Notes: generated by a model from the letters alone, not told the origin. Numbered from the stretch's first letter, positions 1 through 10,737 are shown. The stretch is 28,526 nt of DNA from a bacterium (Candidatus Torokbacteria) CG_4_10_14_0_2_um_filter_35_8 (GCA_002792135.1 PFNU01000141.1:1-28526), one strand, 5' to 3'. Numbers and translations: made by a program.

Positions 1-6
1 TACCAT

Positions 7-876
7 CTAAGTTTTAACGTTAACTATTTGATTTACACTTATCAAGTTATAATCTTCAAGAAGTTTCCCTAAATTACTAATAACTACTTTTCTTTCTTTA
101 CGAAAAGAATGAATTACTTTATTTTCTCCAACATAAATTCCAACGTGTCTTCCTTTTGTTTCTTTGTTTCTCAAGAAAATTAAATCTCCTGACTTTGCAT
201 TCTCCAAATCAATTTGTATCCCCACTTTCATTTGGTCTAAAGTATGCTTTGGTAAAATTATTTCTGCTTCCTCCCAATATACGCGTTGAACAAAATCAGA
301 ACAATCTATTCCTTCTCTTGATGCTCCTCCCCAAAGATAGGGTACTTTTAGATAAGATTTCGCTCTTTTTATAATATCATCTCGACTTGCTTCGGAGCCT
401 GCTATCCTATCTTTTTTTGCTATTTTCAAGCCTTTCCAATAATTTTTAGTCTCAACCTTAATAATATCCTTCTCTTCAATCCACCCTAAAGTCAGATCCC
501 AAAGCTCTATAAGATAAGAATTGCCTTTTTTATGAATTATTTTAAAAGGAATGTCGCTAGATACAATCTGAGCTGTAAATTCTTTTTGAAAAGGATCTCG
601 ATAAATATTAGTAAGACGTCCTACCCTCCCCCAACCGAAGATGGGTTTAGCTTTAGGGTTACTTAAAACTTTAATTTGCTCTTGAAAGCTAAAACCTTGT
701 AATCTTTCAATAATATCTTTTTTTTGTTTTGGTAGCAGGACTTCTCCTTTTAATACCAATTCCGAATCACTCTTTTCTATAACATCAACATCAAAAATAA
801 CCGTTTGGTAGCGGGATTGGTAGCCTTTTTTGAGATTTTGTAATATTTTCTCAATTTTCTCTTTTTTGTTACGCAT
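7..876 (-). CDS. NlpC/P60 (C40) cell-wall peptidase with probable SH3-like middle domain (YkfC-like)
   Basis: C-terminal YLKVPYLWGG...GIDCSDF (catalytic Cys), RHVGIY (His) and IHS match the NlpC/P60 Cys-His-His triad. Confidence 0.88.
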   Translation of the reverse strand: MRNKKEKIEKILQNLKKGYQSRYQTVIFDVDVIEKSDSELVLKGEVLLPKQKKDIIERLQGFSFQEQIKVLSNPKAKPIFGWGRVGRLTNIYRDPFQKEFTAQIVSSDIPFKIIHKKGNSYLIELWDLTLGWIEEKDIIKVETKNYWKGLKIAKKDRIAGSEASRDDIIKRAKSYLKVPYLWGGASREGIDCSDFVQRVYWEEAEIILPKHTLDQMKVGIQIDLENAKSGDLIFLRNKETKGRHVGIYVGENKVIHSFRKERKVVISNLGKLLEDYNLISVNQIVNVKT

Positions 877-907
877 TTGTTAACATCAATTCACTTTAGA
901 CGTTGCG

Positions 908-935
908 GTAGAACGTTGCAATGCAACGTTCCTAC
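908..935. repeat. GTAG-type REP palindrome
   Basis: gtagaacgttgcaatgcaacgttcctac; near-identical core at 14986-15013 beside the RAYT remnant. Confidence 0.75.
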
Positions 936-987
936 AGGTTCCTACAAGCTACAAACTAATTCATTTTGCATTTTAAATTTTGAATTT

Positions 988-1803
988 TTAATTTATCTCA
1001 CTAGCCCCTGGTCCCTGATACCTAATTATTCCAATAACCGACAACATTCTTCTTTTAGTTGGCTTTCTTTTATCAGAAATCTCTCTAGTATAGTAGCAAG
1101 AGGGGTATTTGTCATGCTCACAGCAAGTACAAATTTTCGAGTCCTGAATATTTTCAGGTAAAACTCCAACTCCAGTAAGTTGAATCTTAATAGCAGAGAT
1201 AATATCTAAAAACTTTCTGTTTTTCAGACCAAAAAACTTATTATTATGAACTTTTATAACCTCTTTTTCAAATACATCTGAAAATTTCTTTAACCTTTCT
1301 GGAACTTCTGTAAGATCATAGCAACAACTTCGAATACCCGGACCCAATAGAACTTGTAAATCTTTAGAGTCAGAATCAAAGTTTCTTTGCATAACTTTCA
1401 CTAGCTTTTGACAAACTAAACTTAAAACTCCTGGCCAACCAGCATGTGCAAGACCAACCACTTTCTTCTTAGGATCATAAAAGAAAACAGGAAAACAGTC
1501 TGCGGTTCCGATAATAAGAAAAGTGTTTTTTGTAGAAGTTACCATCCCATCTATATTGGCAAGAGAGGAATTACTATCAAAAGCACCCTTTCCTCTATCT
1601 TTTTCTGTAACTAAAGAAACTTTACTTCCATGAGCTAAACCTGCAAAAACTGTGTTTTCTAATCTAATTCCTAATCTGGTAAAAAACTTATGACGATTCT
1701 TTATAACTTTCTCCTTTAGTACATCATCTAAAAAAACAAGCGTGCCATAACTTAAGTCAGAACATCCACAGACAATATTCTCTTTTCCGAATTTAAATTT
1801 CAT
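988..1803 (-). CDS. pgeF: YfiH/PgeF family purine nucleoside phosphorylase / peptidoglycan editing factor (laccase-domain protein)
   Basis: LAHGS, TADCFPV, AHAGWPG, LGPGIRSCCY and CTCC motifs are typical of the YfiH/DUF152 family. Confidence 0.85.
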   Translation of the reverse strand: MKFKFGKENIVCGCSDLSYGTLVFLDDVLKEKVIKNRHKFFTRLGIRLENTVFAGLAHGSKVSLVTEKDRGKGAFDSNSSLANIDGMVTSTKNTFLIIGTADCFPVFFYDPKKKVVGLAHAGWPGVLSLVCQKLVKVMQRNFDSDSKDLQVLLGPGIRSCCYDLTEVPERLKKFSDVFEKEVIKVHNNKFFGLKNRKFLDIISAIKIQLTGVGVLPENIQDSKICTCCEHDKYPSCYYTREISDKRKPTKRRMLSVIGIIRYQGPGASEIN

Positions 1804-1821
1804 TTTTAATAAATTTTCTTA

Positions 1822-1877
1822 GTCAGCAAACTTGACTTTAGTCGAACTCATATCGGACTAAAGTCCAACTTGCTGGC
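1822..1877. repeat. 56-bp REP-like hairpin with GACTAAAGTC cores
   Basis: gtcagcaaacttgactttagtcga...tcggactaaagtccaacttgctggc is an imperfect inverted repeat between murJ and pgeF. Confidence 0.65.
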
Positions 1878-1967
1878 GGGCTTAGACGTTACAGTACAAT
1901 ATCTCTACTCTACAATAACTACAATAACATTCTAAACTCCTACTCCCTATTACCTACAACCTAATCC

Positions 1968-3554
1968 CTAATTCCCATTCTTAAAATCCCCTATCTTCAC
2001 AAACCTTCTAATAAACCTATTTAAAAAAGCAACTTCTCCACATCTCAATGCAAAAGCAAGAGTAATATAAGAAAATGCAAAAACTAGACCTGCGCCTAAA
2101 GCCTGTATTAATATTCCAATTCCGGTTGTCATATCAACTTTTGGTGCAATAGCATAAAGAGAACCATACGCGAAAATCCCTGAAAGCGTGGATGCCAGCA
2201 TAATTCTAACAGCGGAATTAATAATTGTGGCATCATTAAGATTACCAACTCTTGTTCTTAAAATCGCGAGTAACAAAAACATATTAACAAAAGATGAAAT
2301 GGAAAATGCTAGAGCAAGCCCTCCTACTCCCAACACTCGTGATAAATATAAAGCAAGAAAGATATTGCAAAATACAGAAACAACAGAGATTTTAACAGGA
2401 GTTTTTGTATCCTGCATAGCATAAAAAGAACGTGCAAGAAGGGGAACAAGACTTTGCGCAAAAAGACTTAGGGTAAAAAAGCCTAGTGCAGATGCAGTAC
2501 GACGAGTATCTTGCCAGTCAAAATGTCCTGCACCTAAAATAATCCTTACAATTTGTGCTCTCAAAATAAGCATAAGAACACTTATTGGTACGACTAAGAA
2601 AAGAATCTGTCTAAATGTCTTAGAAAAAGTATTGACAAATTCCTTTGTTCTTTTTAAGGAAAAGGTCTCAGACAAAACTGGAAAAGAGGCAATAGCAAAA
2701 GAAATCCCAAAAAGACCCAAAGGTATACTTTGTAAATTATTGGCAAAATTATAAACGGAAACTGCACCACCAGAAAGTGTAGAGCCAATAATAGTACTGA
2801 TAGTCAAATTAATCTGATGCACAGCAAGTCCTAGACTTCTTGGGATCATAAGCCTTCCTATCTTCCTTACCTTCTTATTTTTAATATCAAAAATAAAACT
2901 ATATCTAAAACCAAGATGGACAGTTGCGATAAGTTGAACCACCATATGCAGAAAAGCACCCAAGACCACTCCCAAGGCCAGACCCAAGTTTCCAAAAGTG
3001 GGAACAAACACAAGCACTCCAAAAATAATCCCTAAATTATAAAAAATAGGAGCGATACTATATGCTAAGAATTTCTTAAAAGAATTAAGAATTGCTCCTG
3101 CAACGTTTGATATTCCAAAAAGAATCGGTGACAAAAGCATAATTCTTGCAAGATCCACTGTAAGCTCTCTTTTTTCAAGGGAAAATCCTGGGGTAATCAG
3201 CTTGATAAAAAATGGCATAAAAATAAAAAGAACAAAGGAAGATACTAGGAGAACAAAAATTATGATATTTAAAATAGAGTTTGCAACCTTGAAAGCCTCT
3301 TTTATTCTTTTGTGAGAAATCAAGTCGGTGAAGATTGGAATAAAGGCTGCAGATAGTGCTCCAAGTACTAAAAGATTAAAAATAAGATCAGGAATTCTAA
3401 ATGCTGCAAAATAACTATCAAGAATATCCCCTGCTCCAAAGTGAGAAGCAAAGATCCTATCTCTTACCATACCTAAAAAACGACTCGCAAAGGACATTAC
3501 CGCAAGAAGTAAGGCTGATTTGGTAATTGAAAAAGCTTTATTGTTCTTAGTCAC
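1968..3554 (-). CDS. murJ: Lipid II flippase MurJ (MviN)
   Basis: SRFLGMVRD, FGAG, AFRIPDLIFNLLVLGALSAAFIP, LQSIPLGLFG and LLARSFYAMQDTKTPV; multi-TM, 528 aa; GTG start. Confidence 0.96.
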   Translation of the reverse strand: MTKNNKAFSITKSALLLAVMSFASRFLGMVRDRIFASHFGAGDILDSYFAAFRIPDLIFNLLVLGALSAAFIPIFTDLISHKRIKEAFKVANSILNIIIFVLLVSSFVLFIFMPFFIKLITPGFSLEKRELTVDLARIMLLSPILFGISNVAGAILNSFKKFLAYSIAPIFYNLGIIFGVLVFVPTFGNLGLALGVVLGAFLHMVVQLIATVHLGFRYSFIFDIKNKKVRKIGRLMIPRSLGLAVHQINLTISTIIGSTLSGGAVSVYNFANNLQSIPLGLFGISFAIASFPVLSETFSLKRTKEFVNTFSKTFRQILFLVVPISVLMLILRAQIVRIILGAGHFDWQDTRRTASALGFFTLSLFAQSLVPLLARSFYAMQDTKTPVKISVVSVFCNIFLALYLSRVLGVGGLALAFSISSFVNMFLLLAILRTRVGNLNDATIINSAVRIMLASTLSGIFAYGSLYAIAPKVDMTTGIGILIQALGAGLVFAFSYITLAFALRCGEVAFLNRFIRRFVKIGDFKNGN

Positions 3555-3996
3555 GGGGTTAAATTCTAGATTAAAGCTTTTGATTGTATCAAAAAAACAT
3601 AAGAAATAACAACCAGTTTGAATTATGAATTATGAATAAGGAGTAAGGGGGCTTTACTTCAAACACAAAATATAACGTAAAGCATTCCAAGTCTTTCTTT
3701 ATTATTACTGAAAAGATACGACATTGTGTCGTTTTCCAAGAATCCTAAAATATAGCCTCCATTCTTAAGGAGAAAATATCAACAATCTACTTCTTTTTTT
3801 ATAAAAATTAGGTTTTCTAATACTCTATTCGATTATTATAACACCATATAAAACAGCAAAGATTACCCCCGCTTCCACAATCCATAATTCCTGATTCGTA
3901 ATTCCTGATTCATCACGTATTACGTGATTCATTACTCGCAAGGCAGCAGACCTCTGCTTAACACATTAAATTAAGACAATTCACATCTTCTGGTAT

Positions 3997-6393
3997 TCAC
4001 CTACCAACAACAAATCCAAACACTTTATCAGTATCCAATACGCCTTTGTAGTAAACTTCATTATCACTCTTTTTTTCTACATCAGAAGATTTCCATAAAA
4101 CTTCCCAATCTCTCGGATAGGAAATATTACTCTCAAAAACAACATTATCTCTTCCCGGCTGTTTTTGGATAACTAGCGAATAACTGTCAACTGGTTTTTC
4201 GTTATTAAGATTTAAAATAAAAGGAAGTTCGTATCTAACTGTAACCCTTTTTATTTCTTCTACGTTCAATTCAAGCCAATTACCAAAAACAGTATAGCCT
4301 GACTCTTCAAAAATATCTGTATCACTTTCAAGATCTTTTTTTACATTACCAAATATTTTTTCTAAATCAGGATCTTGAACATAATACTCAAACTCTGCAA
4401 CAGAAAGTTTATCACGTGCATCTTTATAGGAAATTTCCGAAAACCCTTCCGCAGAGATAAGAGTGCTTCCTTTAGGGACGAAAATTCTCATATAATGTAA
4501 ATTTCTTCCATTTGGCCATCCGGGATCCCCTGCATTCTCTCTTATTACAGTAACTTCATTGATAATCTCGCCATTATCTGCAATTTGAACCTTATGTTCA
4601 ATTTTTTCTTCTATCATTAAGTCGTTTTTCATTCCTCCAATATTTGTCTGTACTACATTTAAGTAATCTTTAGGAGCTTCCTTTACCTCTCCTGCTATAC
4701 CAAGAAGTCTTGCTTTATCTTGAATCTCTTGGTTTTCAAAGAAAAAGAGAATGTGTTTTTTCTGCATTAGCTCTATAAAATTATCTACCACATCCACCCA
4801 CCTAGCAGAAGAAATTTCTTTAAACTTTTTAACAAGACGGGGAGCAAGAAGCGAAATAATTTTCTTATGTCTTAAAAGATCTTCTTTATCTCTCACGAGC
4901 TCAGGATCCATATGCAGGGTTTCTTTGACAAAATTTTCTGAGTCTATCGTAAGATCAAGTTCAGGAAGGTAAATCTCACCAGTTACTTTCAAAAGTTCTA
5001 TTGCAACTTGAGGAGTAATAGCAATCATTCCATCAGGCTTCTGCCTCCCGCAATGCTCATACATCCAAGAAATTTTCTTAGCTGATAAAGGAAAGTCTAG
5101 AAACCAATTAGCATCTTGGAGCATCCATTTATCATTAACGCGAGCGATTGGCGGGGGAGGAACAATTTTTGTATCAACCAAATGAGAAGGATTATAAATG
5201 TTATCTACTTTAAGTTCTTTTATCTGAAAATTCTCAGTCCTTAATTCTCCATACGTGCCAATAAAACCCCCTGTTGCTCTCATTTGAGCATTGTTTTGGA
5301 AAATAAGCAAGAAAAATTTAGGCTCTTCTCTCCCCAAAACCTCAGAAAATACCTCTGAAAAATCTTTGACAAATAAAAGGCTCTTTCTTAATCTTGGAAG
5401 TTCTTCCTGCAAAGTAACTACCTGTTCCCTTATATCTTCCGGTAAATCTCTGGCATCAACTTGAGAAAGCTCCCCCTGAATTCCACTAAGATAATTTAGG
5501 CTAATACTTAAGTTCTCTTCGCAAGAAGCTATAAATTCCGAAAACTCCATTTCTTTTGTCGATGCACCTAATACCGTTGGGTCTCTTTCACCTAAAACCA
5601 ACTCTTCATTTTCAGAAGAAAAAGCTAAAGGAACATAAGGAGAAGAAAGGACTGGGTTAAGACCCAAAGAAAGATGATACCCCATTGACGACAGTTTCTC
5701 TCCGGCTTTAACTAGGTGTTTTCCTGATTTAATCTTTTTCCCTTGAGGAAGAATTTTCACAAGATAGGAAAAATCATTTTCTACTTTTTGGACTTGCTTG
5801 TGAATAGATTCAAAAATATTTTCGGCTTCGGCAAATTCCTCTTGTGCCATATTGAGCCTCAAACCTTCAATGTTGTTCTTAGCTTGCTCTAGGTGAGAAT
5901 AGGCAAGATCAGCCTGGGAATAAATATTTTCTTTTTTGTTAATTACATCTCCATAAAGATTAAAAATCCCAAAACTAGAGTAAATTAAAAGACATATGAC
6001 AACAAAAACAAGGATACTCTTATTGATAACAAATTTTTTGGGAAAGACAAGATTAATTTGAGAACGAGAATGAAAAATAGGCGGCTTCTTATTAAAACTA
6101 AAGATATCAATAAACTTTCTCTTTTTAGAGGGTGAACTAACTGTAGAAGGTTTAACTTTAATGAATCTAGTTCCTTTTTTGTATTTTGGTCTTATAATCA
6201 ACCTTTTCTTGTTTTTAGCAGGACCATAAGATTCATACTTTTCTTTGATATCAGCATTAAGTTTCTCCTCTACTGGTATAGAATAACTTTTTCCTCTTAC
6301 GTCAAAGAAGCTCAGTTCTATTTTCTGAGGTTTTTGGAAAATTTTTGGTACAAGATGAATGTCAAAGAATTTTTTAATAGGTTTTTTTGACAT
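3997..6393 (-). CDS. DUF4012 domain membrane-anchored protein
   Basis: N-terminal basic region followed by one TM segment (SILVFVVICLLIYSSFGIF), a helical region, then FQNNAQMRATGGFIGTYG, DANWFLDFPLSA and QKQPG motifs recalled for DUF4012. Start codon uncertain. Confidence 0.8.
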   Translation of the reverse strand: MSKKPIKKFFDIHLVPKIFQKPQKIELSFFDVRGKSYSIPVEEKLNADIKEKYESYGPAKNKKRLIIRPKYKKGTRFIKVKPSTVSSPSKKRKFIDIFSFNKKPPIFHSRSQINLVFPKKFVINKSILVFVVICLLIYSSFGIFNLYGDVINKKENIYSQADLAYSHLEQAKNNIEGLRLNMAQEEFAEAENIFESIHKQVQKVENDFSYLVKILPQGKKIKSGKHLVKAGEKLSSMGYHLSLGLNPVLSSPYVPLAFSSENEELVLGERDPTVLGASTKEMEFSEFIASCEENLSISLNYLSGIQGELSQVDARDLPEDIREQVVTLQEELPRLRKSLLFVKDFSEVFSEVLGREEPKFFLLIFQNNAQMRATGGFIGTYGELRTENFQIKELKVDNIYNPSHLVDTKIVPPPPIARVNDKWMLQDANWFLDFPLSAKKISWMYEHCGRQKPDGMIAITPQVAIELLKVTGEIYLPELDLTIDSENFVKETLHMDPELVRDKEDLLRHKKIISLLAPRLVKKFKEISSARWVDVVDNFIELMQKKHILFFFENQEIQDKARLLGIAGEVKEAPKDYLNVVQTNIGGMKNDLMIEEKIEHKVQIADNGEIINEVTVIRENAGDPGWPNGRNLHYMRIFVPKGSTLISAEGFSEISYKDARDKLSVAEFEYYVQDPDLEKIFGNVKKDLESDTDIFEESGYTVFGNWLELNVEEIKRVTVRYELPFILNLNNEKPVDSYSLVIQKQPGRDNVVFESNISYPRDWEVLWKSSDVEKKSDNEVYYKGVLDTDKVFGFVVGR

Positions 6394-6420
6394 TAAAAAT
6401 GAATGAGGAATTAGGAATTA

Positions 6421-6562
6421 GGAATTTCCGCTCCGCCTGAGGCGGACGGATCAGCCTAGGGCTGAAGGGACTTTGGATTCAAGAGTAAGTTAGGAATTCT
6501 CCAAGTATTACAGGAATGAGATGTGGTATTCCCCTCCTTACCAAGGAGGGGCTAGGGGAGGT
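6421..6562. repeat. Composite dispersed repeat (TCCGCC/GGCGGA + TCAGCCTAGGGCTGA + CCCCTCCTT..AAGGAGGGG.TAGGGGAGG), copy 1
   Basis: Collinear block similarity to 28278-28448. Confidence 0.75.
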
Positions 6563-6616
6563 TCTGGAAATTGGCAGCTTTTAGTACTTAGGTTTCTATT
6601 TGTTAGTTATCACTAT

Positions 6617-7756
6617 CTAGATCTCTTCAAAAACCTTCAGCAATTGCCTCGCTCCTTCTTTCCAACTAAACTTGCTTGCTTGCTTAAATCCCCTTTCTAT
6701 CAAGGTTTTTCTTAAATCCTTATCTTCTAAAAGTTCTTTTATTGCTAAAGTAAGTTCGCTAATCTTGTAGGCATCGACCATGAAACCTGCGTTTCCTATT
6801 ACTTCTGAAAGAGAAGAATTATTGGAAGCAACAACTGGTGTGCCGCAAGCCAAAGCTTCAAGCACTGGTATACCAAAGCCTTCATAAAAGCTTGGGTAGA
6901 CAAAAACTTCTGCTAAACTTAAAAGGGCAGGCTTATCTTTTTCATCAATGTATCCTGTTAAGATTATATCATCTTTAGAGTCAGGTTGAAATAAAGCTTT
7001 TTCTACTTGTCTAAACCGCCAGGCTTTTTTCCCAGCAATAACTAATCTCACATCCTTATTATACTCTTTTTTTAATTTTTCGAAAGCATGGATGGTTGCA
7101 AGATGGTTTTTTCTTGGCTCAATATTACCTAACTGCAAGATAAACTTCTCTGGTAAATCATATTTATCTCGGACTTTAGCTAATTTCTTTTTGCTAGTTA
7201 TGGGTTTAAATTCTTTTCCACAAGCAGGGTAGATTACTGTGGTTTTGTCTTTTGGAACTTTATATAAACTTATAAGATCATTTCTTGAAGATTCTGAGTC
7301 AGTAATAATATACTCTGGGGTGTTTGCTTCTTTTCTAGGAGCAAGCTTGTGAAAAATCTTGTTTTTCAGCTTAAAAAATTCTGGATAATATTCAAAAGAA
7401 AGATCATGGATAGTAGTAACTTTTTTACAAGAAGAGGATATAGGTAAAATATGGAAAAATGGGGTAAAGAAGATATCTATCTTTTCCGGCATTACTCTCT
7501 CATCTATCTTTGGATAGTTAAAAAGAACCCCTGACAAAGCAATAATTTTTTTAGGATAGAAGGAGAAAACTTTTTTTACATTGGAAAAATCAAAAGAAGG
7601 TAGGTCCTCCGGTTCTTCTCGCATCTGGTTATACCACAAAAAATACTGATTTTTCTGATCAATTTCAAAAAGACTCTCCATTAAGTGAATTGCATACCAT
7701 TCCACTCCTGAATACTTTCCTTGGATAAGCACACGACAATCTATTGCGATATTCAT
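6617..7756 (-). CDS. Glycosyltransferase family 4 (GT-B, mannosyltransferase-like)
   Basis: NIAIDCR, SGVEWY, TTIHDLSF, LGNIEPRKN and PSFYEGFGIPVLEALACGTPV (EX7E motif). Confidence 0.93.
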   Translation of the reverse strand: MNIAIDCRVLIQGKYSGVEWYAIHLMESLFEIDQKNQYFLWYNQMREEPEDLPSFDFSNVKKVFSFYPKKIIALSGVLFNYPKIDERVMPEKIDIFFTPFFHILPISSSCKKVTTIHDLSFEYYPEFFKLKNKIFHKLAPRKEANTPEYIITDSESSRNDLISLYKVPKDKTTVIYPACGKEFKPITSKKKLAKVRDKYDLPEKFILQLGNIEPRKNHLATIHAFEKLKKEYNKDVRLVIAGKKAWRFRQVEKALFQPDSKDDIILTGYIDEKDKPALLSLAEVFVYPSFYEGFGIPVLEALACGTPVVASNNSSLSEVIGNAGFMVDAYKISELTLAIKELLEDKDLRKTLIERGFKQASKFSWKEGARQLLKVFEEI

Positions 7757-7822
7757 TATATAAGATCAATAATTATTTGCTTTTTTAATATTATTATAAA
7801 TAAAATTAACAAGCAATATAGT

Positions 7823-8938
7823 TTAATGCGGCTGAAGGCAACACGACATCGTGTCGCCTTCAGTTTTGACAAACTCCTTAAATTTTCTCCTAAAATTTTC
7901 AACATCAAACTTTCTTACGCTTCTTCTTATAACTTCTGAATTAAACTCCATTGTATCAAATCTTTTTATAGCTTCAACCAAACTCTTGGGACACTGCTTA
8001 TCAAAAAACAAACCTGATACCCCTTCTTCTATAGTCTCAGTTGCACCTCCTTTTTTATAAGCAATAACCGGTCTTCCTGATGCCATGCATTCTATGGCGG
8101 TCAAACCAAAATCTTCTTCCTGAGGATAAATTAAAGCTCTGCAGGAAGAATACAGTTCTCTTAATCTCTTATTAGGTACCCAATCTAAAAATTCTATCTT
8201 CTTTCCTGCAATTTTTTGTAAATAAGATTTCTGACTGCCTGTACCGACAATTTTTAAGGGGAGCCTTAGTTCATTAAAAGCATAAATTGCAAGATCGACT
8301 TTTTTGTGAGGGCGTAGGCGAGAGGGGAGTAGGAAATAGTCTCCCCTTTTTTTTGAAATTTTGAATAGGGGAGTGTCAATTCCTGGATAAATTACTTTGG
8401 AATTTCTTTTATAATATTTTTTGATCCGCATTTGGCAAGTTTTTGAGACAGAGATAAGCTTATCAACTTGGCTAACACAATTTGTATCCCATTTCTCCAT
8501 TTCTCTTAAATAAGCACTTACTACCCCCTTCATACCAAAGGGAATTTCTTTTAAATAAGACTCTCGATCTACCCAAAGAAACCTTGTTGGTGTGAAAAAA
8601 TAACAAATATGTTTTGCATCTTTTCTTTTCTTAATACCTTTAGAAAAAACATGATTAAAAGAGATTATTAAGTCAAACTCTGATAAATCCCATTTCCTGA
8701 CAATTTTAGGCCATAACAAAATCAGCTTTCGATAATTACTTTTTATAAACTTAGATTTTTGCAAAGAGGAAGTATGAATTCTGGGTTCTAGATCTTTAAA
8801 AAAACTCTTAGTTCTTCCGCGATCATAAAGCAGAGTATAAACTTGAGCATTAGGAAAAAGATCACAAACTTCTTTAAAAACCTTCTCCCCTCCTCCTAAA
8901 ACCATTAGGAAATCAAATATTATGGCGATTTTTTTCAT
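7823..8938 (-). CDS. Glycosyltransferase family 4
   Basis: GGGEKV, SRLRPHK, PQEEDFGLTAIECMASGRPVIA (EX7E motif). The last ~12 codons are encoded by a palindrome. Confidence 0.92.
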   Translation of the reverse strand: MKKIAIIFDFLMVLGGGEKVFKEVCDLFPNAQVYTLLYDRGRTKSFFKDLEPRIHTSSLQKSKFIKSNYRKLILLWPKIVRKWDLSEFDLIISFNHVFSKGIKKRKDAKHICYFFTPTRFLWVDRESYLKEIPFGMKGVVSAYLREMEKWDTNCVSQVDKLISVSKTCQMRIKKYYKRNSKVIYPGIDTPLFKISKKRGDYFLLPSRLRPHKKVDLAIYAFNELRLPLKIVGTGSQKSYLQKIAGKKIEFLDWVPNKRLRELYSSCRALIYPQEEDFGLTAIECMASGRPVIAYKKGGATETIEEGVSGLFFDKQCPKSLVEAIKRFDTMEFNSEVIRRSVRKFDVENFRRKFKEFVKTEGDTMSCCLQPH

Positions 8939-9175
8939 ATAATGCTAATGAAATATATACCTAAAAGTATCCTTGCTTTACAACAATACATTCAACCGTA
9001 AAGCTGCAAATGTCGAATTAAGAATCATGAATCACGAATTCTAGATATGCAATAAAACAGATAGACGAGAGTTCTGCTTTCACCCTAGCGTTTCAGAAGG
9101 CCTCTCTCAATACTTAAACCTTCAACTCTCCATTCCTAATGCCCCAATAACCCAATATCCTAACCTCCTAACTTC

Positions 9176-10639
9176 CTATGTCTTCTTCCTCCCAAACATC
9201 CTAAAAGGTGTCTTAAGCAATATCTGCAAATCCAAAATCATACTCCAATTTTCCATATAAAAAGTATCAAGCTTTATTTCTTCTTCAGAGTCAAGATCTG
9301 ATCTTCCAGAAATTTGGGCAAGACCGGTAATCCCTGGTTTTATTGACAATATTCTTTTGTAATAATCTTTGTATCTGGCAACCTCTCTTAGCTGATGAGG
9401 ACGAGGTCCTACAAAGCTCATATTACCTATTAGAACATTAAATAATTGGGGAAGTTCGTCTAAACTTGTTTTCTCTAAGAAATTTCCAATTTTTGTATTA
9501 CGAGGATCTGGGTAAATTTTGTACAAAGGTCCTTTTCTTTTATTTGTTTTTTTAATTAATTTTTTCTCAAATTCCTCTGCCCTTTCACCGCCATATTCTT
9601 CACCTGTGCAATATTCAAGTTTCATTCTTCTAAATTTATAAAGAAAAAACTTACCCTTTGCGCCTTCCCTTTCGTTCTTATAAATTACAGGCCCTTTTTT
9701 ATCATCTAATTTTATTAAAAGAGCAATAACAAGCATTGCTGGAGAAAAAAGGATTAAAGCTACCAAAGAGACTATAATATCAAAAATTCTCTTATAAAAT
9801 CTTCTCCATCCTTCAAGGGGGGTTTTTTTAAGCTCAATAATAGAAACACTGCCAATGACCTCCATCTCCATCCAAGAGGTTCTTGTCTCAAGAAGCGAAG
9901 GAGCAAAACGAAAACCAAGCTTGTTCTCTTCGCAAAAATCAATTAGTAATAGAATTTTTTTCTTAGGTAGTTTTGATCCTAAATACCAAACTTCATCTAA
10001 ATTCTTTTTAGAAATATTTTTAATTTTTTTAAGAAGGTATTTTAAACTCTCAGTGTCTTTTAAACGAAAGCTTATTTGGTAACCCAAATACGGATTAGCA
10101 TTAATTTCTTCTTCTAAAACTTTCTCCTGCTTCCCTTGACTTTCTATTAAAGCAATTCTCTGGAAACCTATACCAGTTGCAAAAAGGAATCTTTGTAATC
10201 TTCTTATTAAAATTCTAAAAATGATAACGAAAATAATACAAGAAATCCAAGAACCTAGAATAATAAATCGTGACGATAAAACTTTAGCTGGAAACATGAA
10301 AACAATTAATATTACCCCAAAAATTCCCACTGATACTGCATTTATAACCCCTAAAATCTCACGACTTAGTTTCTCGTTACTTTTTAATGAATAAAGTCCA
10401 AAAAATGCAAAAATCAAAATCCAAAAAGGCAAAATCAAAAGTTCTATTTTAATAAAGTCCTGTGCAGAGAGCTCATACTTTGGATAGTAAACACTTAAAA
10501 AAAGCTTCTCAGGATGAAAACGGACATAATAGACAAGAAAGGAAGCTAAAAAACATGCGATAAAATCCACAGGAATTCTAATAAGTCCAAAAAGTATTTC
10601 AAATCTTTTCATAGAGGTTTTAAATTTATCCAGAGACAC
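9176..10639 (-). CDS. Polyprenyl-phosphate glycosylphosphotransferase (WcaJ/WbaP/CpsE-like sugar transferase)
   Basis: N-terminal TM helices; C-terminal [49 protein letters not shown] and [13 protein letters not shown]. The true start may be ATG at 10612. Confidence 0.93.
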   Translation of the reverse strand: MSLDKFKTSMKRFEILFGLIRIPVDFIACFLASFLVYYVRFHPEKLFLSVYYPKYELSAQDFIKIELLILPFWILIFAFFGLYSLKSNEKLSREILGVINAVSVGIFGVILIVFMFPAKVLSSRFIILGSWISCIIFVIIFRILIRRLQRFLFATGIGFQRIALIESQGKQEKVLEEEINANPYLGYQISFRLKDTESLKYLLKKIKNISKKNLDEVWYLGSKLPKKKILLLIDFCEENKLGFRFAPSLLETRTSWMEMEVIGSVSIIELKKTPLEGWRRFYKRIFDIIVSLVALILFSPAMLVIALLIKLDDKKGPVIYKNEREGAKGKFFLYKFRRMKLEYCTGEEYGGERAEEFEKKLIKKTNKRKGPLYKIYPDPRNTKIGNFLEKTSLDELPQLFNVLIGNMSFVGPRPHQLREVARYKDYYKRILSIKPGITGLAQISGRSDLDSEEEIKLDTFYMENWSMILDLQILLKTPFRMFGRKKT

Positions 10640-10695
10640 AGGAAATTGTGCCCTTACTATTTCTTAAATCATAAAACTCTGAGGTCTTTTTGGCA

Positions 10696-10733
10696 AACCC
10701 CGTAAAACGGGGTAAGCCCCATAAAACGGGGTA
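10696..10733. repeat. Tandem CCCCGTAAAACGGGG hairpins just downstream of rnpB (possible terminator role)
   Basis: aaccccgtaaaacggggtaagccccataaaacggggta: two copies of a GC stem-loop. Confidence 0.6.
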
Positions 10734-10737
10734 AACA

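Noticed and set aside
877-1161. 94-aa plus-strand ORF
   Set aside because: Composed of a REP palindrome, an A/T arm and pgeF antisense sequence.
9067-9108. Possible riboswitch (GAGAG..UUCUG..CAGAA..CUCUC hairpin) upstream of the second GT4
   Set aside because: No match to any riboswitch consensus I can recall. It lies between repeat arms and is more simply a decayed palindrome; an Rfam scan would settle it.
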